Source: Lytechinus pictus
Lineage: Eukaryota
Length of the DNA stretch: 64,000 nt
NCBI RefSeq assembly: GCF_037042905.1
Contig: NC_087252.1
Location: forward strand, 8,434,001 to 8,498,000
Direction of reading: 5' to 3'
Part shown: piece after piece, positions 12,792 through 22,519 of the stretch
Layout: the number at the start of each line of letters is the position of its first letter
Position numbering within the stretch: position 1 is the stretch's first letter
Notes under the pieces: model-generated
What the model was told of the DNA's origin: nothing
The model's database searches: none
The model's input: only the letters and a program-made list of their open reading frames with translations
Position numbers and translations under genes: made by a program

Positions 12792-12840
12792 GGAAAAGCG
12801 GCGCCTATAGTCTCACTCTGCTATGCAGGTGAGACAAAAA
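11587..12840. mobile_element. Helentron-associated (HINE/DINE-like) non-autonomous element with internal ~162-192-bp tandem array
   Basis: Starts aacaag; sub-TIR gtctcacctgcat (~11609) / atgcaggtgagac (~12824) followed by A-run; terminal hairpin gtctcac...gtgagac; (GCC)n tract; units with tgacctttgacct at 12079, 12241, 12404, 12596. Confidence 0.7.
11665..11940 (+). mobile_element. tRNA-derived SINE with L2-type 3' tail
   Basis: A box tggcccggtgg, B box ggttcgaatcc, central cactcaacccaggtgaggtaaatgggtacc, 3' gcgccttgag...gcgcaatataaat and (ATT)n tail. Diverged second copy at ~29005-29260. Confidence 0.85.
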
Positions 12841-14549
12841 CTGTAAGGCTTATTCCTGCCCAGCCTAGCCGAGCTTAGTCTCTCAAGAAAAAGAGAAGCG
12901 GGGGAGGGGGGGGGTGGGGTGACATGGAGAGACGGGGTTGCTAAATGTTCTGCTGACCTTTATCCCACCAACGTTCTTCACATCCTGCTTCACCTACCTT
13001 AGTCATATTACCCCCTCTTCTCCTGACTGTCATGAACACATTGTTGAGATCCACATGATAAAGACAAAATGCTGCACAAAGAATTTCAATTCCTGATCAC
13101 TCATGCATTAAATTTCAATTTAGTAATGCATTAAATTTACACAAACAACAAACTGATCACAACTGATCTTTAATTCACCAAATAACCCTCAACTTTGCAA
13201 GTACCAAACAAACAAACCTGAAAGAAATTAGAAGGCTAATTCCGGCCCACCCTAATTTCCATACCCTTTGTTTAAGTGGGCAGTGCTCACTCAAGCATGA
13301 ATAGTTTTCCAACTTTTTGGTATCATTTGAATGTTGACTTTATTGGCTTTCCATATCTATAAGTCTTTTCCCCAAAAGTGCTACATTTCTTATTTGGCAG
13401 CCATTTCAAAAGTGTATAGTTTTTTTGGGGGACTCACTGTAGAGATGAGAATCCATTCAAGTCCCTGCTTCTTCATTTTTTATGTTTTGTCGTGGTTTAT
13501 GTAGTGATGGTTTGTTTGTTTGTTTGTTATGTGTTTGATTGTGGAGAGGTGTGCTTGATTCCATGTTAATGTTAAGGTGCATGAAAACAAAAGAAACCGC
13601 TGAGAGACCCACTCATCACCACGGAAAAAAGAACAGTGACTTTCAATATTGTGTCATTTTGCAACTTTTGAATTTTGACCTTGCCCCACATTTCAAGGCA
13701 CTGTTTGTACATGTGAATCATAATCATATCATGTAAAATACAATTTTAAAGATAATTAAATGATCTATTCATTGATATTAATTACAAATTGATATTTACT
13801 AAAACCGAGGAGGGATTATCGATCAAAGTCAGATTTCCAAACTTTTTTTGAGGAGTTTATGTGTAGCTTAGAAATGCATACGTTTTAATATTATATACAC
13901 GTATTCAGAAGAATCTTGTTCTGTAATTTATCTAACTGTTACTCGTAATAACAACGAATAGAAAGGGTACACCACGTTGAATAATGTGATTTGAATACAG
14001 AAAAATGAGACAAACAGAATATTGACAATTTGATCAAAATCGGACAAGGAATAACAAAGTTATGGCATTTAAAAAATTTGCTTTATTTTGGTGAGAGTTC
14101 TAGCATGCCCTCATGAATATTCAGTGAGCAAAGTGATGATGTCATATCTCTACTTGTTATTTTTGTCTCGTCTGCATAGTACTCATTTTCACTTTGTAAT
14201 TTTACCGGATTCTTTTTGAGATATCGAAAATTATACATTTTTGGAAAAGTTATTGTATAAGGAATCAGAAAAAAATATAATTTGCACCGATACCTATATG
14301 GCCGCCATCTTGGATTTTTTACAAAATGGCTGCTAAAAACAGGGTTTTCAAAAATATCTCGGCTCCTAAGTAACCTATAATAATGACTTGGCACCTAAAC
14401 CACCATTTATGGGTTCATTATTTTTTAAATCATTTTAATGATATTTTTTGTCTTTCCCTGAGTATTTCCGGAATCAAACATACATGAAAGTCCAATTTAA
14501 GTGTTGCAAATTAAGCGACCTGAACATACCTTTCAGTAAGGGAAATGTT

Positions 14550-15362
14550 AAACCAAATTTTACACCAGCCCCCAACCCTCCTTTTCCTACGCTGTCTGCG
14601 CAGCCAGATATGCTTAGCTGTGTGTGTGATGATTTGGGCGGGGAGGTGCCTTCCAGTGTTAAGGAGAAGATTTGGAAAGGTGAATTTGTAGAGTTAGGTG
14701 GATTACTAAAAAGGGAAAGCTTAAGTGAGGAAAGTTCCCAGTTGCAGGCCTTCAGCCTTTGTGCCACCGGGTCCGCTTTAATGCTTCGCCCCCAAAGCAA
14801 GGCTCCGGTGATCGCCAGCATAGAACAGTGGACATCTGCGTTCATTATTTACGCGTCTATATACTTGGAGCGACACTGTATGCGTGCGCGCGAGCTCCTC
14901 AAGTATATGGATATCGTTCGCTCTATTGTGCGTTTTGGGGGTTTCAATTGGCGGGCCTATGACATTCAATTTCGGTTACGTCAGGCCCGTCATCCACATC
15001 GTTCCTGGGCTGTCATAGACACCGAGCTATGGCTGACAGTAGCTTCGACGCCCGGTCGAGCAGCGTTTTCGTCTTTTGGGGGTAACCAGCCCTTTCGGCC
15101 ATACGACCGGTCGTTTCGGCGGGGTAGTTTCCCATCCTCAGGATATGCAAACAGACAAGGGGCAATTCGGGCCCCTGGCGCCGCGCCTGCCCCCTTCCGC
15201 TCCTCACCAGTCTGTTTCGCCTTTAACGCTGGATCATGCCAACGCACCGCCTGTCGTTATGCTCACCGGTGCGGAAAATGCTCCTCAGCAGCGCATGGCT
15301 CACACGCCTGCAACTCTGCCGCTGCAATCGCCAAACAGAAGCCTAGCTCCAACTCCAATTAA
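14550..15362 (+). CDS. Ngaro ORF1 gag-like protein (3' part) with tandem CCCH and CCHC zinc fingers
   Basis: VKEKIWKGEFVEL, IEQWTSAFIIYASIY, WRAYDIQFR, and CFAFNAGSCQRTACRYAH-RCGKCSSAAHGSHAC. The first ~35 codons of the 14448 ORF lie in AT-rich flanking repeat sequence. Confidence 0.85.
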   Translation, partial: KPNFTPAPNPPFPTLSAQPDMLSCVCDDLGGEVPSSVKEKIWKGEFVELGGLLKRESLSEESSQLQAFSLCATGSALMLRPQSKAPVIASIEQWTSAFIIYASIYLERHCMRARELLKYMDIVRSIVRFGGFNWRAYDIQFRLRQARHPHRSWAVIDTELWLTVASTPGRAAFSSFGGNQPFRPYDRSFRRGSFPSSGYANRQGAIRAPGAAPAPFRSSPVCFAFNAGSCQRTACRYAHRCGKCSSAAHGSHACNSAAAIAKQKPSSNSN

Positions 15363-16926
15363 ACTTGGCAGCATGCTCCCATTTCTTAGACGGCACCATA
15401 ATCAACATAATGCAGCTTTTCTGATTTCTGGTTTTAGGTTGGGTTTTTCATTGGGTTTCACAGGCGAGCGTCGCTCTGTGTTCTCGCGTAATTTGAAATC
15501 TGCTAGGGAGCATAGGGACATGCTGTTGGAGAAAGTTGGTAAGGAAGTTAGTTTAGGGAGAATGTCAGGTCCTTTCCAAGACCCGCCTTTCGATAACTTT
15601 CGCTGCTCCCCGGTAGGGCTCGTCCCCAAGCGAAATCCGGGAGAATTCCGTCTAATTCAGCATCTATCTTCTCCTCGGGGGGCTTCGGTTAATGACCACA
15701 TTGATTCCGATTTATGTTCCGTGAATTACACTTCATTTGACAAGGCGGTTGATCTCGTTGCTCGCTTGGGAGCTAGTGCTCTCATGGGAAAAACCGATAT
15801 AAAATCCGCTTTTCGCTTACTACCAGTGAATCCCTCCGATTTTGACCTTCTGGGGTTTTGCATTGATGGCGCGTATTACTTTGATAAATGCTTGCCAATG
15901 GGCTGCTCAATTTCATGTGCCCATTTTGAGCGTTTTAGCACTTTTCTTGAGTCATGTTGCCGTGAAATTGCGAATTCAGAGCAAATTTTGCATTATTTGG
16001 ATGATTTCTTTTTCGTTGGCGCAACACGGCAGGAATGTCGTTCCTTGATGTATCATTTTAAGGCGATGTGCGAGGTTTTTGGCGTCCCGATAGCGGAGGA
16101 GAAGACTGAGGGGCCCGTTCCCACTATCATATTTTTAGGGCTTGAAATCGACGCGGTTGAGCAGAGAGTTCGGGTACCCAAGGAGAAAGTAAACGTGTTA
16201 CAGGCAATGCTCATTGATTTTGTTAAGAAAGATAAGCTCTCGTTGCGGCAGTTGCAGTCGCTAATTGGCAGCCTTAATTTCGTGTGTAAAGCCGTGGCTC
16301 CCGGAAGAGCCTTCCTAAGGAGACTTATCGATCTTACTAAAGGGGTCCGCACCCCAAACCACCGGATAAGGCTTTCACGCGGCGCAAAAGAGGACATGCA
16401 GGCCTGGCTTACGTTTCTGTCCGATTTCAATGGCACAGTTATGTTTTCACACTCAACATGGGTAACTAATGCTCATTTTCAGTTCTTTACTGACGCTGCG
16501 GGTAGCATTGGCTTTGGTATATCCTTCCAGGATAAGTGGGCTCAAGGGAAATGGCCAGCTGAAATACTGGAGAAGAATTATTCCATCGCTTTTCTAGAGC
16601 TTTTCCCAATAGTAGTCGGTATACGTATGTGGGGGGCTCTTCTAGCTAATTCTAAGGTCTTATTTTGGTCAGATAATCAAACAGTTGTTCATGTTGTTAA
16701 TTCCTTAACTTCGAAATGTCCTAGTGTAATGAAACTGGTTCGCTTGCTTGTAGTTCTTTGTTTGGATCATAATATTATGTTCAAAGCACGTTACGTGCCA
16801 GGCTCTCGCAATGAAAAGGCTGATGCCCTCTCTCGTTTTCAGATGGACAGGTTTCGCAGGTTAGCACCAGGCGCAGATCTGGCTGGCAGCAAGCTTCCCG
16901 CCCATCTTTGGAGCAGCTTCATATAG
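15076..16926 (+). CDS. Ngaro reverse transcriptase / RNase H
   Basis: 616-codon open frame. RT motifs SPVGLVPK, FRLIQHLS, KTDIKSAFR, LPMGCSIS, YLDDF, FLGLEID. RNase H motifs FTDAAG, IAFLELFP, SDNQTVV, NEKADALSR. Confidence 0.95.
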   Translation: MGVTSPFGHTTGRFGGVVSHPQDMQTDKGQFGPLAPRLPPSAPHQSVSPLTLDHANAPPVVMLTGAENAPQQRMAHTPATLPLQSPNRSLAPTPIKLGSMLPFLRRHHNQHNAAFLISGFRLGFSLGFTGERRSVFSRNLKSAREHRDMLLEKVGKEVSLGRMSGPFQDPPFDNFRCSPVGLVPKRNPGEFRLIQHLSSPRGASVNDHIDSDLCSVNYTSFDKAVDLVARLGASALMGKTDIKSAFRLLPVNPSDFDLLGFCIDGAYYFDKCLPMGCSISCAHFERFSTFLESCCREIANSEQILHYLDDFFFVGATRQECRSLMYHFKAMCEVFGVPIAEEKTEGPVPTIIFLGLEIDAVEQRVRVPKEKVNVLQAMLIDFVKKDKLSLRQLQSLIGSLNFVCKAVAPGRAFLRRLIDLTKGVRTPNHRIRLSRGAKEDMQAWLTFLSDFNGTVMFSHSTWVTNAHFQFFTDAAGSIGFGISFQDKWAQGKWPAEILEKNYSIAFLELFPIVVGIRMWGALLANSKVLFWSDNQTVVHVVNSLTSKCPSVMKLVRLLVVLCLDHNIMFKARYVPGSRNEKADALSRFQMDRFRRLAPGADLAGSKLPAHLWSSFI

Positions 16927-17828
16927 AGAGAGAGCATCTGTTGTTTTCTTCGCGGGCGCCCGGCACTCATCATACTTATAGGAACGCTTGGTCTGTGTTT
17001 AAGCAGTTTCGGCTGCAATATCATTATGATATAAGTATACGTCCTGACGTTGAGCAGGTCGCTCAATTTATTGCTTATCTCTCCTGGAATGGGTATGCGG
17101 GGGCAACAATAAGTACATATATATCAGGCCTGGCTTTTACGATGCAAACATTGGGTTGGCCTGATGTGACTGACGCGTTTGTAATCCGGCGGCTGGTAGA
17201 CGGGTGCAGGCGGAAAAATGCTCGCCGTGATACCCGGTGTCCCATAACCCTGCCTATTCTCAAATCCATCCTAAATTCATTGACTCACGTATGCGTTAAT
17301 ACGTATGATCTGGCATTGTTTCGGGCTGCCTTTCTAATCGCTTTCTTTGGTTTTCTTCGAGTAGGGGAGTTCACGTCTCGATCTAGACATGAACCCGTTC
17401 CTTTATCAGAAAAAGATGTTATTATTCAAGGGATGGGTAATCAAGCAAAATTGCGCATTGTGATTGCGAGGTCTAAAACAGATCAAACTGGACGTGGATG
17501 CTCGATTTTAATTCCACAGAATGTTGTTTCGTATTTATGCCCACTTCGCGCTGTAAATGATTACCTCGCTCTGCGGAGCTCGGTCGGCTCTGCCTTTTTC
17601 CGTCACTTTGACTCGTCACCCCTAACGAGGCACCAATTTGGCCAAGTTTTAAAGCGGGCCATTAGTTTTTGCGGGCTACCCGTTGCTCATTTCTCTTCCC
17701 ATTCTTTCCGTATTGGGGCGGCAACTTCTGCAGCCATGGCAGGTGTTCCCGATGTTTGCATTCAAAATATGGGGCGCTGGGCTTCCAACACACACAGATT
17801 GTATATTCGACAACCTCTCCCCCCTTAA
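16908..17828 (+). CDS. Tyrosine recombinase (integrase) of the Ngaro element
   Basis: Catalytic set intact: R (GFLRVGEF), K (RSKTDQ), HxxR (HSFRIGAAT), W (MGRW), Y (RLYIR). Overlaps the end of the RT ORF; the ORF-track start is TTG. Confidence 0.95.
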   Translation: MEQLHIEREHLLFSSRAPGTHHTYRNAWSVFKQFRLQYHYDISIRPDVEQVAQFIAYLSWNGYAGATISTYISGLAFTMQTLGWPDVTDAFVIRRLVDGCRRKNARRDTRCPITLPILKSILNSLTHVCVNTYDLALFRAAFLIAFFGFLRVGEFTSRSRHEPVPLSEKDVIIQGMGNQAKLRIVIARSKTDQTGRGCSILIPQNVVSYLCPLRAVNDYLALRSSVGSAFFRHFDSSPLTRHQFGQVLKRAISFCGLPVAHFSSHSFRIGAATSAAMAGVPDVCIQNMGRWASNTHRLYIRQPLPP

Positions 17829-18798
17829 TTTAAGCAATTTTGCCAGTTATTTATCACCCTTCTATGTTTAATACCAGTTTGTGCACAATTTAATATCGAC
17901 CTAATGTTTATTTGTTTTTGTTTTTTGACAACCCCTAACGAGCAGTAAATATTAACCTTACTCTCTCTCTCTCTCTCGCTTGTTGCCATGGTGACGCAAT
18001 GGTTATCTTACCCGTTAATAGTTCCATGGGCGCAGGCAGAATTGCTCGCCCACTGTTAGTAGATTGTGGTCTTTGCTACACTTATCGTGTTAATGGTAAC
18101 TATGTACCCCCCCCCCCCTTTTTAGAATGTACAATTGGTGCCGCTGTTTCTTTCCTTTTCTCTCTTCCATGTGCAGTTATTTGGAGTCTCAACGTGGGTT
18201 GTGTCAGCATTCCACGGAATCGTAAGAGAGGAAGGGGACAATTCACGTTTCGCTGACGCGGGCAGTCCCGCTCTAGTTGGGGGCGGGCCCTCACTACTCG
18301 GCACGTGGCCGGGTCCTAAAACTCAATACATCCGCGAACAGGAGAACACTTGATTTCTTTGTCGCGGAGCGAAATCACTAGAGTAACAGCTGTTTTACCT
18401 CCGTCGAGGACTCGCTGGCTCGGACGTCGCGAACAGTTGGAACTTTTTTATGAGCAGATGTTATGACCCGAATACCTTATCCAGAACTCACACGTGGTAT
18501 CATCAGATCTCACGTCCTTACTACAAACTTCACTATTTAGTTACTAAGCCCCCCCCCCCCCCGCCTCTCCTTTATCTTAGGGCACTAGACTCTTCGCAAG
18601 TGGACTGAATGAGCATGAATCCTCCTAGATGGTTTAATTGTGCGTCCCTGTTCGTTTAATGCACCCCCCCCTTTTCCCAGCTTCTTAGCGTGGACATTGT
18701 AAATACAGCATGGTTTGAACTATTGGCATCATATTGTGTTGTGGCGGCGGGCTGACGATGAGTCATCCCGTTTGGCGGCATTCCATTTTTTGCCACAA

Positions 18799-19411
18799 CA
18801 CATTATGATTCTTCACTTATTTTGGGCTTCCTGAGATAATATTTTTCATTTATTTAGACCAATTTCGTATATTCCACTCCTCATGTTATAATGTGAACGG
18901 GGCTTGGTTCGTCACCCGATTTGGATGAGGCCACCAGCGAATTCCATTTCGGACCGAACATTAACGTTGCCTCGTTCACATTCTAGTTCAGGGCCGTTGG
19001 TGGGGCTTCTGAGCACTAGTTTCTGTTTTAAAAGTTTTCCTGCATAAGCTCGTGTTGCAAACGGGAATCTTTGCTTCGTAGCTTTGCAGATGGAATTTTA
19101 CGTTGCCCACATTTGGCCAACATGACAAACTGGTGTCTTTGTCATGAATGTGGATGGACTGTTTTAATTGTCAATTGAGGAGATTGGTTTAATAACTTTA
19201 ATTTTTCGCATATGACACATCTCAGGAGGCTTTACGTTTATATTATTATGTTTTGATTGTTGCATTATATTATGTTGGCTTTATTTGACAACACATCATT
19301 TTACATTTTGGTATACATCATTTGGAAGATGCTTTTCAGAAACAATTTTTATTAAACTCCACGGAAAATGCATTTACTCGCCTCTCGTGTATTTTGTCTG
19401 GGTTGAGATAA
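18799..19411 (+). repeat. Ngaro split direct repeat B1 (613 bp)
   Basis: Appears identical by eye to 20080-20692, from cacattatgatt to gggttgagataa. Confidence 0.95.
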
Positions 19412-20079
19412 TACCTCTTAACGCGCGAAGCGAGTTAATGAGAGGTTATCTCAGGTCAGACTAGCTGGACAACAACATAGCCCGCCAGCGGTACGTAACA
19501 GGTGTTTTACAAGGAAGGGGTCTGGTCAGGCGAATTCCTTTGCCCTGGCGGAGATATGTTGCGATGCCAAATATGGTATTTTGTCGGACTTCACGAGGAG
19601 GCGTGGCCAAAAAATGTTGCGTTGCGAATTTTGGTATTTTTCGGACATTACAAGGAGGCGTGGCTAAAAATGCTACGTCGCGTTAGCTGACGTGGTAATT
19701 TCGGGAGGGGGCAAAAGCCAATTTCTAACAAGTTAGCATTCTTCTTCGTGGAGTCGATTTGAAAGCATCTTCCATCTCAATTCACCTGTCTTGTGCAACA
19801 TACTTCCTGTATTTTTCCCTCCTCCATCCCCTTGTCACCCCCACTAATTTTCAACGTCAAGATGTTTTGTTTCATGTTATTCATTCTAACCTGAATGTGA
19901 GCTTCGGGCCTTAAGCCTGGTCGCACACCCAAAGTGGGCCGCAAGGTAATTCCATCCAACCTGTTCACCTAATTTTGGATACCTTTTTGTATTTTACTTT
20001 GGTTTACCAGTTTAGTTAATTTATCATCAGGTGTTCAGGGGGGTGTTTTCGCCCTTGCTGGAGCTCGGCCTTTTCCTAT
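19412..20079 (+). repeat. Ngaro A2 segment (its A1 partner is absent from the window)
   Basis: Lies between B1 and B2 as in the A1...B1-A2-B2 arrangement; contains a 58/56-bp tandem pair at 19557-19670. Confidence 0.75.
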
Positions 20080-20692
20080 CACATTATGATTCTTCACTTA
20101 TTTTGGGCTTCCTGAGATAATATTTTTCATTTATTTAGACCAATTTCGTATATTCCACTCCTCATGTTATAATGTGAACGGGGCTTGGTTCGTCACCCGA
20201 TTTGGATGAGGCCACCAGCGAATTCCATTTCGGACCGAACATTAACGTTGCCTCGTTCACATTCTAGTTCAGGGCCGTTGGTGGGGCTTCTGAGCACTAG
20301 TTTCTGTTTTAAAAGTTTTCCTGCATAAGCTCGTGTTGCAAACGGGAATCTTTGCTTCGTAGCTTTGCAGATGGAATTTTACGTTGCCCACATTTGGCCA
20401 ACATGACAAACTGGTGTCTTTGTCATGAATGTGGATGGACTGTTTTAATTGTCAATTGAGGAGATTGGTTTAATAACTTTAATTTTTCGCATATGACACA
20501 TCTCAGGAGGCTTTACGTTTATATTATTATGTTTTGATTGTTGCATTATATTATGTTGGCTTTATTTGACAACACATCATTTTACATTTTGGTATACATC
20601 ATTTGGAAGATGCTTTTCAGAAACAATTTTTATTAAACTCCACGGAAAATGCATTTACTCGCCTCTCGTGTATTTTGTCTGGGTTGAGATAA
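20080..20692 (+). repeat. Ngaro split direct repeat B2 (613 bp), element right end
   Basis: Copy of 18799-19411; host exon sequence resumes immediately after it. Confidence 0.95.
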
Positions 20693-20696
20693 ATAC

Positions 20697-20796
20697 CTGT
20701 TAACGCTTCGAACGTAACTTTCGTTGATGATACATTGTTCACTGCGTCCCCTGTAGCTTGACATGAATAGTAATAGTCAAACCCGGACTTGGGAAT
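20697..20796 (-). CDS. Ig-superfamily receptor gene, exon 4: second half of C-type Ig domain
   Basis: Acceptor ttttacttgtgtcgtatgacAG, donor GTATTT, 100 nt, phase 0-1. Reads IPKSGFDYYYSCQATGDAVNNVSSTKVTFEALT and supplies the F-strand YxC cysteine. Confidence 0.85.
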
Positions 20797-22022
20797 CTGT
20801 CATACGACACAAGTAAAATAGAGTTCATTTCCTCACGTAGTATAATTATCACGATTATAAGAGTATGTTTTAAATTAATTGCAGAACTTGATAATATTCA
20901 TGGGTAATAAACAAAATACAATATCAAGTTTTAGAATATCAAACAAAGTATCGTAAACAGGGAAACTATTTTAGGTCCTGAACTATAGTAAATGCGAAAA
21001 ATTGCAAATTAGCAATACTATCCCAAGCTAATGTTTCGGTTTTTGCATTGGGTCGGCCGTACATAAAATTAACTTCTTTTAGGCTGCTACCCTTTCAGTA
21101 TAATACTTCATTTATGTCCATGTCTGATTTATTTAATGTTTGTACTATTTATATTGTTTTTATACTGAGAAAAACAAATTGAATTGAATTGCATTGAATA
21201 ATCAGTAAATGCTATATAGTTAGTGGAAAGAAATTTGAAATGAATGATATTTTAAAGAAATTTGAATTAAAGCCATGATGCTGAATAAAAAATTATCACT
21301 TTGAAACTCATTTTGTGTGTGAAAAAAAAACTCATGCAGTTTGTCAGGGCTCAAATTATTTCTAAAATTGGCCCTTGGCAAGCTTGAACTTACTTTAGAA
21401 ACAAAATTACGCAACGATTATAAGTTCAATCTGGTAATTTGGTCCGATTTGCAAGTTTCAATTTATAAGGAACATTTGACATTATTAATTGCTCAAAGTT
21501 TCGTTTGCTATTTTTAAACCCTAGTCTTATAAATTTACCAAACGGTTAGGAAAAATCGCACACCATCCCTGAGTTTAAACGATCAAGGTATAAAACCGTA
21601 ATTTGAGCATCTTCCCCGACCTCCATTTTCATGAATTGTATCTGTTCATGTCCATGAACATGATTACCTCGGACTGTCGGAGAAATGAATTCTTACGTCA
21701 ATTTGGGTCCAGAAAATCGGAAACACTATAGAAAATATTGATCAGTCGATGCGACATCTAGACATGATCATAATTTGTCACCGTTGAAATAAATGTGAGG
21801 GGAAGATGAAAACTGTGTTAAAAAGGTTAAAAACCCGTGTTGTTATTACGCATACTATGCTTTGTTTGATTTAGTAATAATAATTCATTTTACAGACACT
21901 TCATTAAAGCCGCATAGCTTCTATCCGGATGAGCCTACTTCTATCTGTCAAACTTTTATCATGGACATAAACTACTTTAATTCTAGATCACAAACAACTG
22001 TCATGATAGAAAAGAGAATAAC

Positions 22023-22261
22023 CTTAAGAATTGACGCAACATCGTACAGTCCGTCCTTCTCAACAATTAGTGGACCCAAAGCTTGTTCCATCACTCTGTC
22101 GTCACTCCTCACCCATGCCATGTTTACTAAAGGACGTACATCGGAAACTTCACAAGCGAACAGCACTTCTTCAGGAGGATCGGTAGGAACATTGTATGTA
22201 CATTCTCCCGGTATAAAGGTGTTACAAGGGTAAATTCTTGGTCCAATGGAGTCTGCCAAAA
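22023..22261 (-). CDS. Ig-superfamily receptor gene, exon 3: first half of C-type Ig domain
   Basis: Acceptor gattattgacAG, phase 1 start. Reads VLADSIGPRIYPCNTFIPGECTY...FACEVSDVRPLVNMAW...DGLYDVASILK. Weak donor AAG|GTTATT in phase 0 matches the next exon. Confidence 0.8.
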
Positions 22262-22519
22262 CTGTCAATAATCATGAAAATTACAAAGTATAGCAGAAAT
22301 TTATTTGGGTTTATACGCATATCATGGTAATACAAGACCGTATGAATACAAAAATGAATTGATATAATTCAATCAAGTTTGTAGGCCTAACAATTGTTTT
22401 ATCAGAAATATCATCTAAACAAAACAAAGTAATCGGAAGTACACGTTTAAGAAATGAGAATCTCCACACAAGCCCCATTATCATGATTTGGTCACACTGA
22501 AACTTTCATTCAGATTTAC

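Larger units (their letters stand above)
10368..13439. mobile_element. Tc1/mariner-type non-autonomous element with long inverted arms, hosting nested insertions
   Basis: TA-CAGTG...CACTG-TA termini. Arms ~10368-10900 and ~12900-13439 are imperfect reverse complements (e.g. tatacttttgaaatagctgccaaata / tatttggcagccatttcaaaagtgtata). Confidence 0.8.
14550..20692 (+). mobile_element. Tyrosine-recombinase (DIRS-order) retrotransposon, Ngaro-type, 5'-truncated (A1 repeat and gag 5' end missing)
   Basis: Overlapping gag / RT-RNaseH / YR ORFs, no methyltransferase ORF, and split direct repeats B1-A2-B2 at the 3' end. Left boundary is approximate. Confidence 0.92.

Noticed and set aside
14474..16436. 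Minus-strand ORFs within the Ngaro coding region
   Set aside because: Antisense shadows of gag and RT with no recognisable motifs.
18750..18790. ctgacga as a hammerhead core in the Ngaro 3' region
   Set aside because: No downstream GAAA or stem III; kept only as part of the structured-RNA finding.
21972..22022. ORF extension VILFSIMTVVCDLELK* as the end of the C domain
   Set aside because: The 20697-20796 exon supplies a much better YxC strand in the right phase, so this stretch is likely intron.
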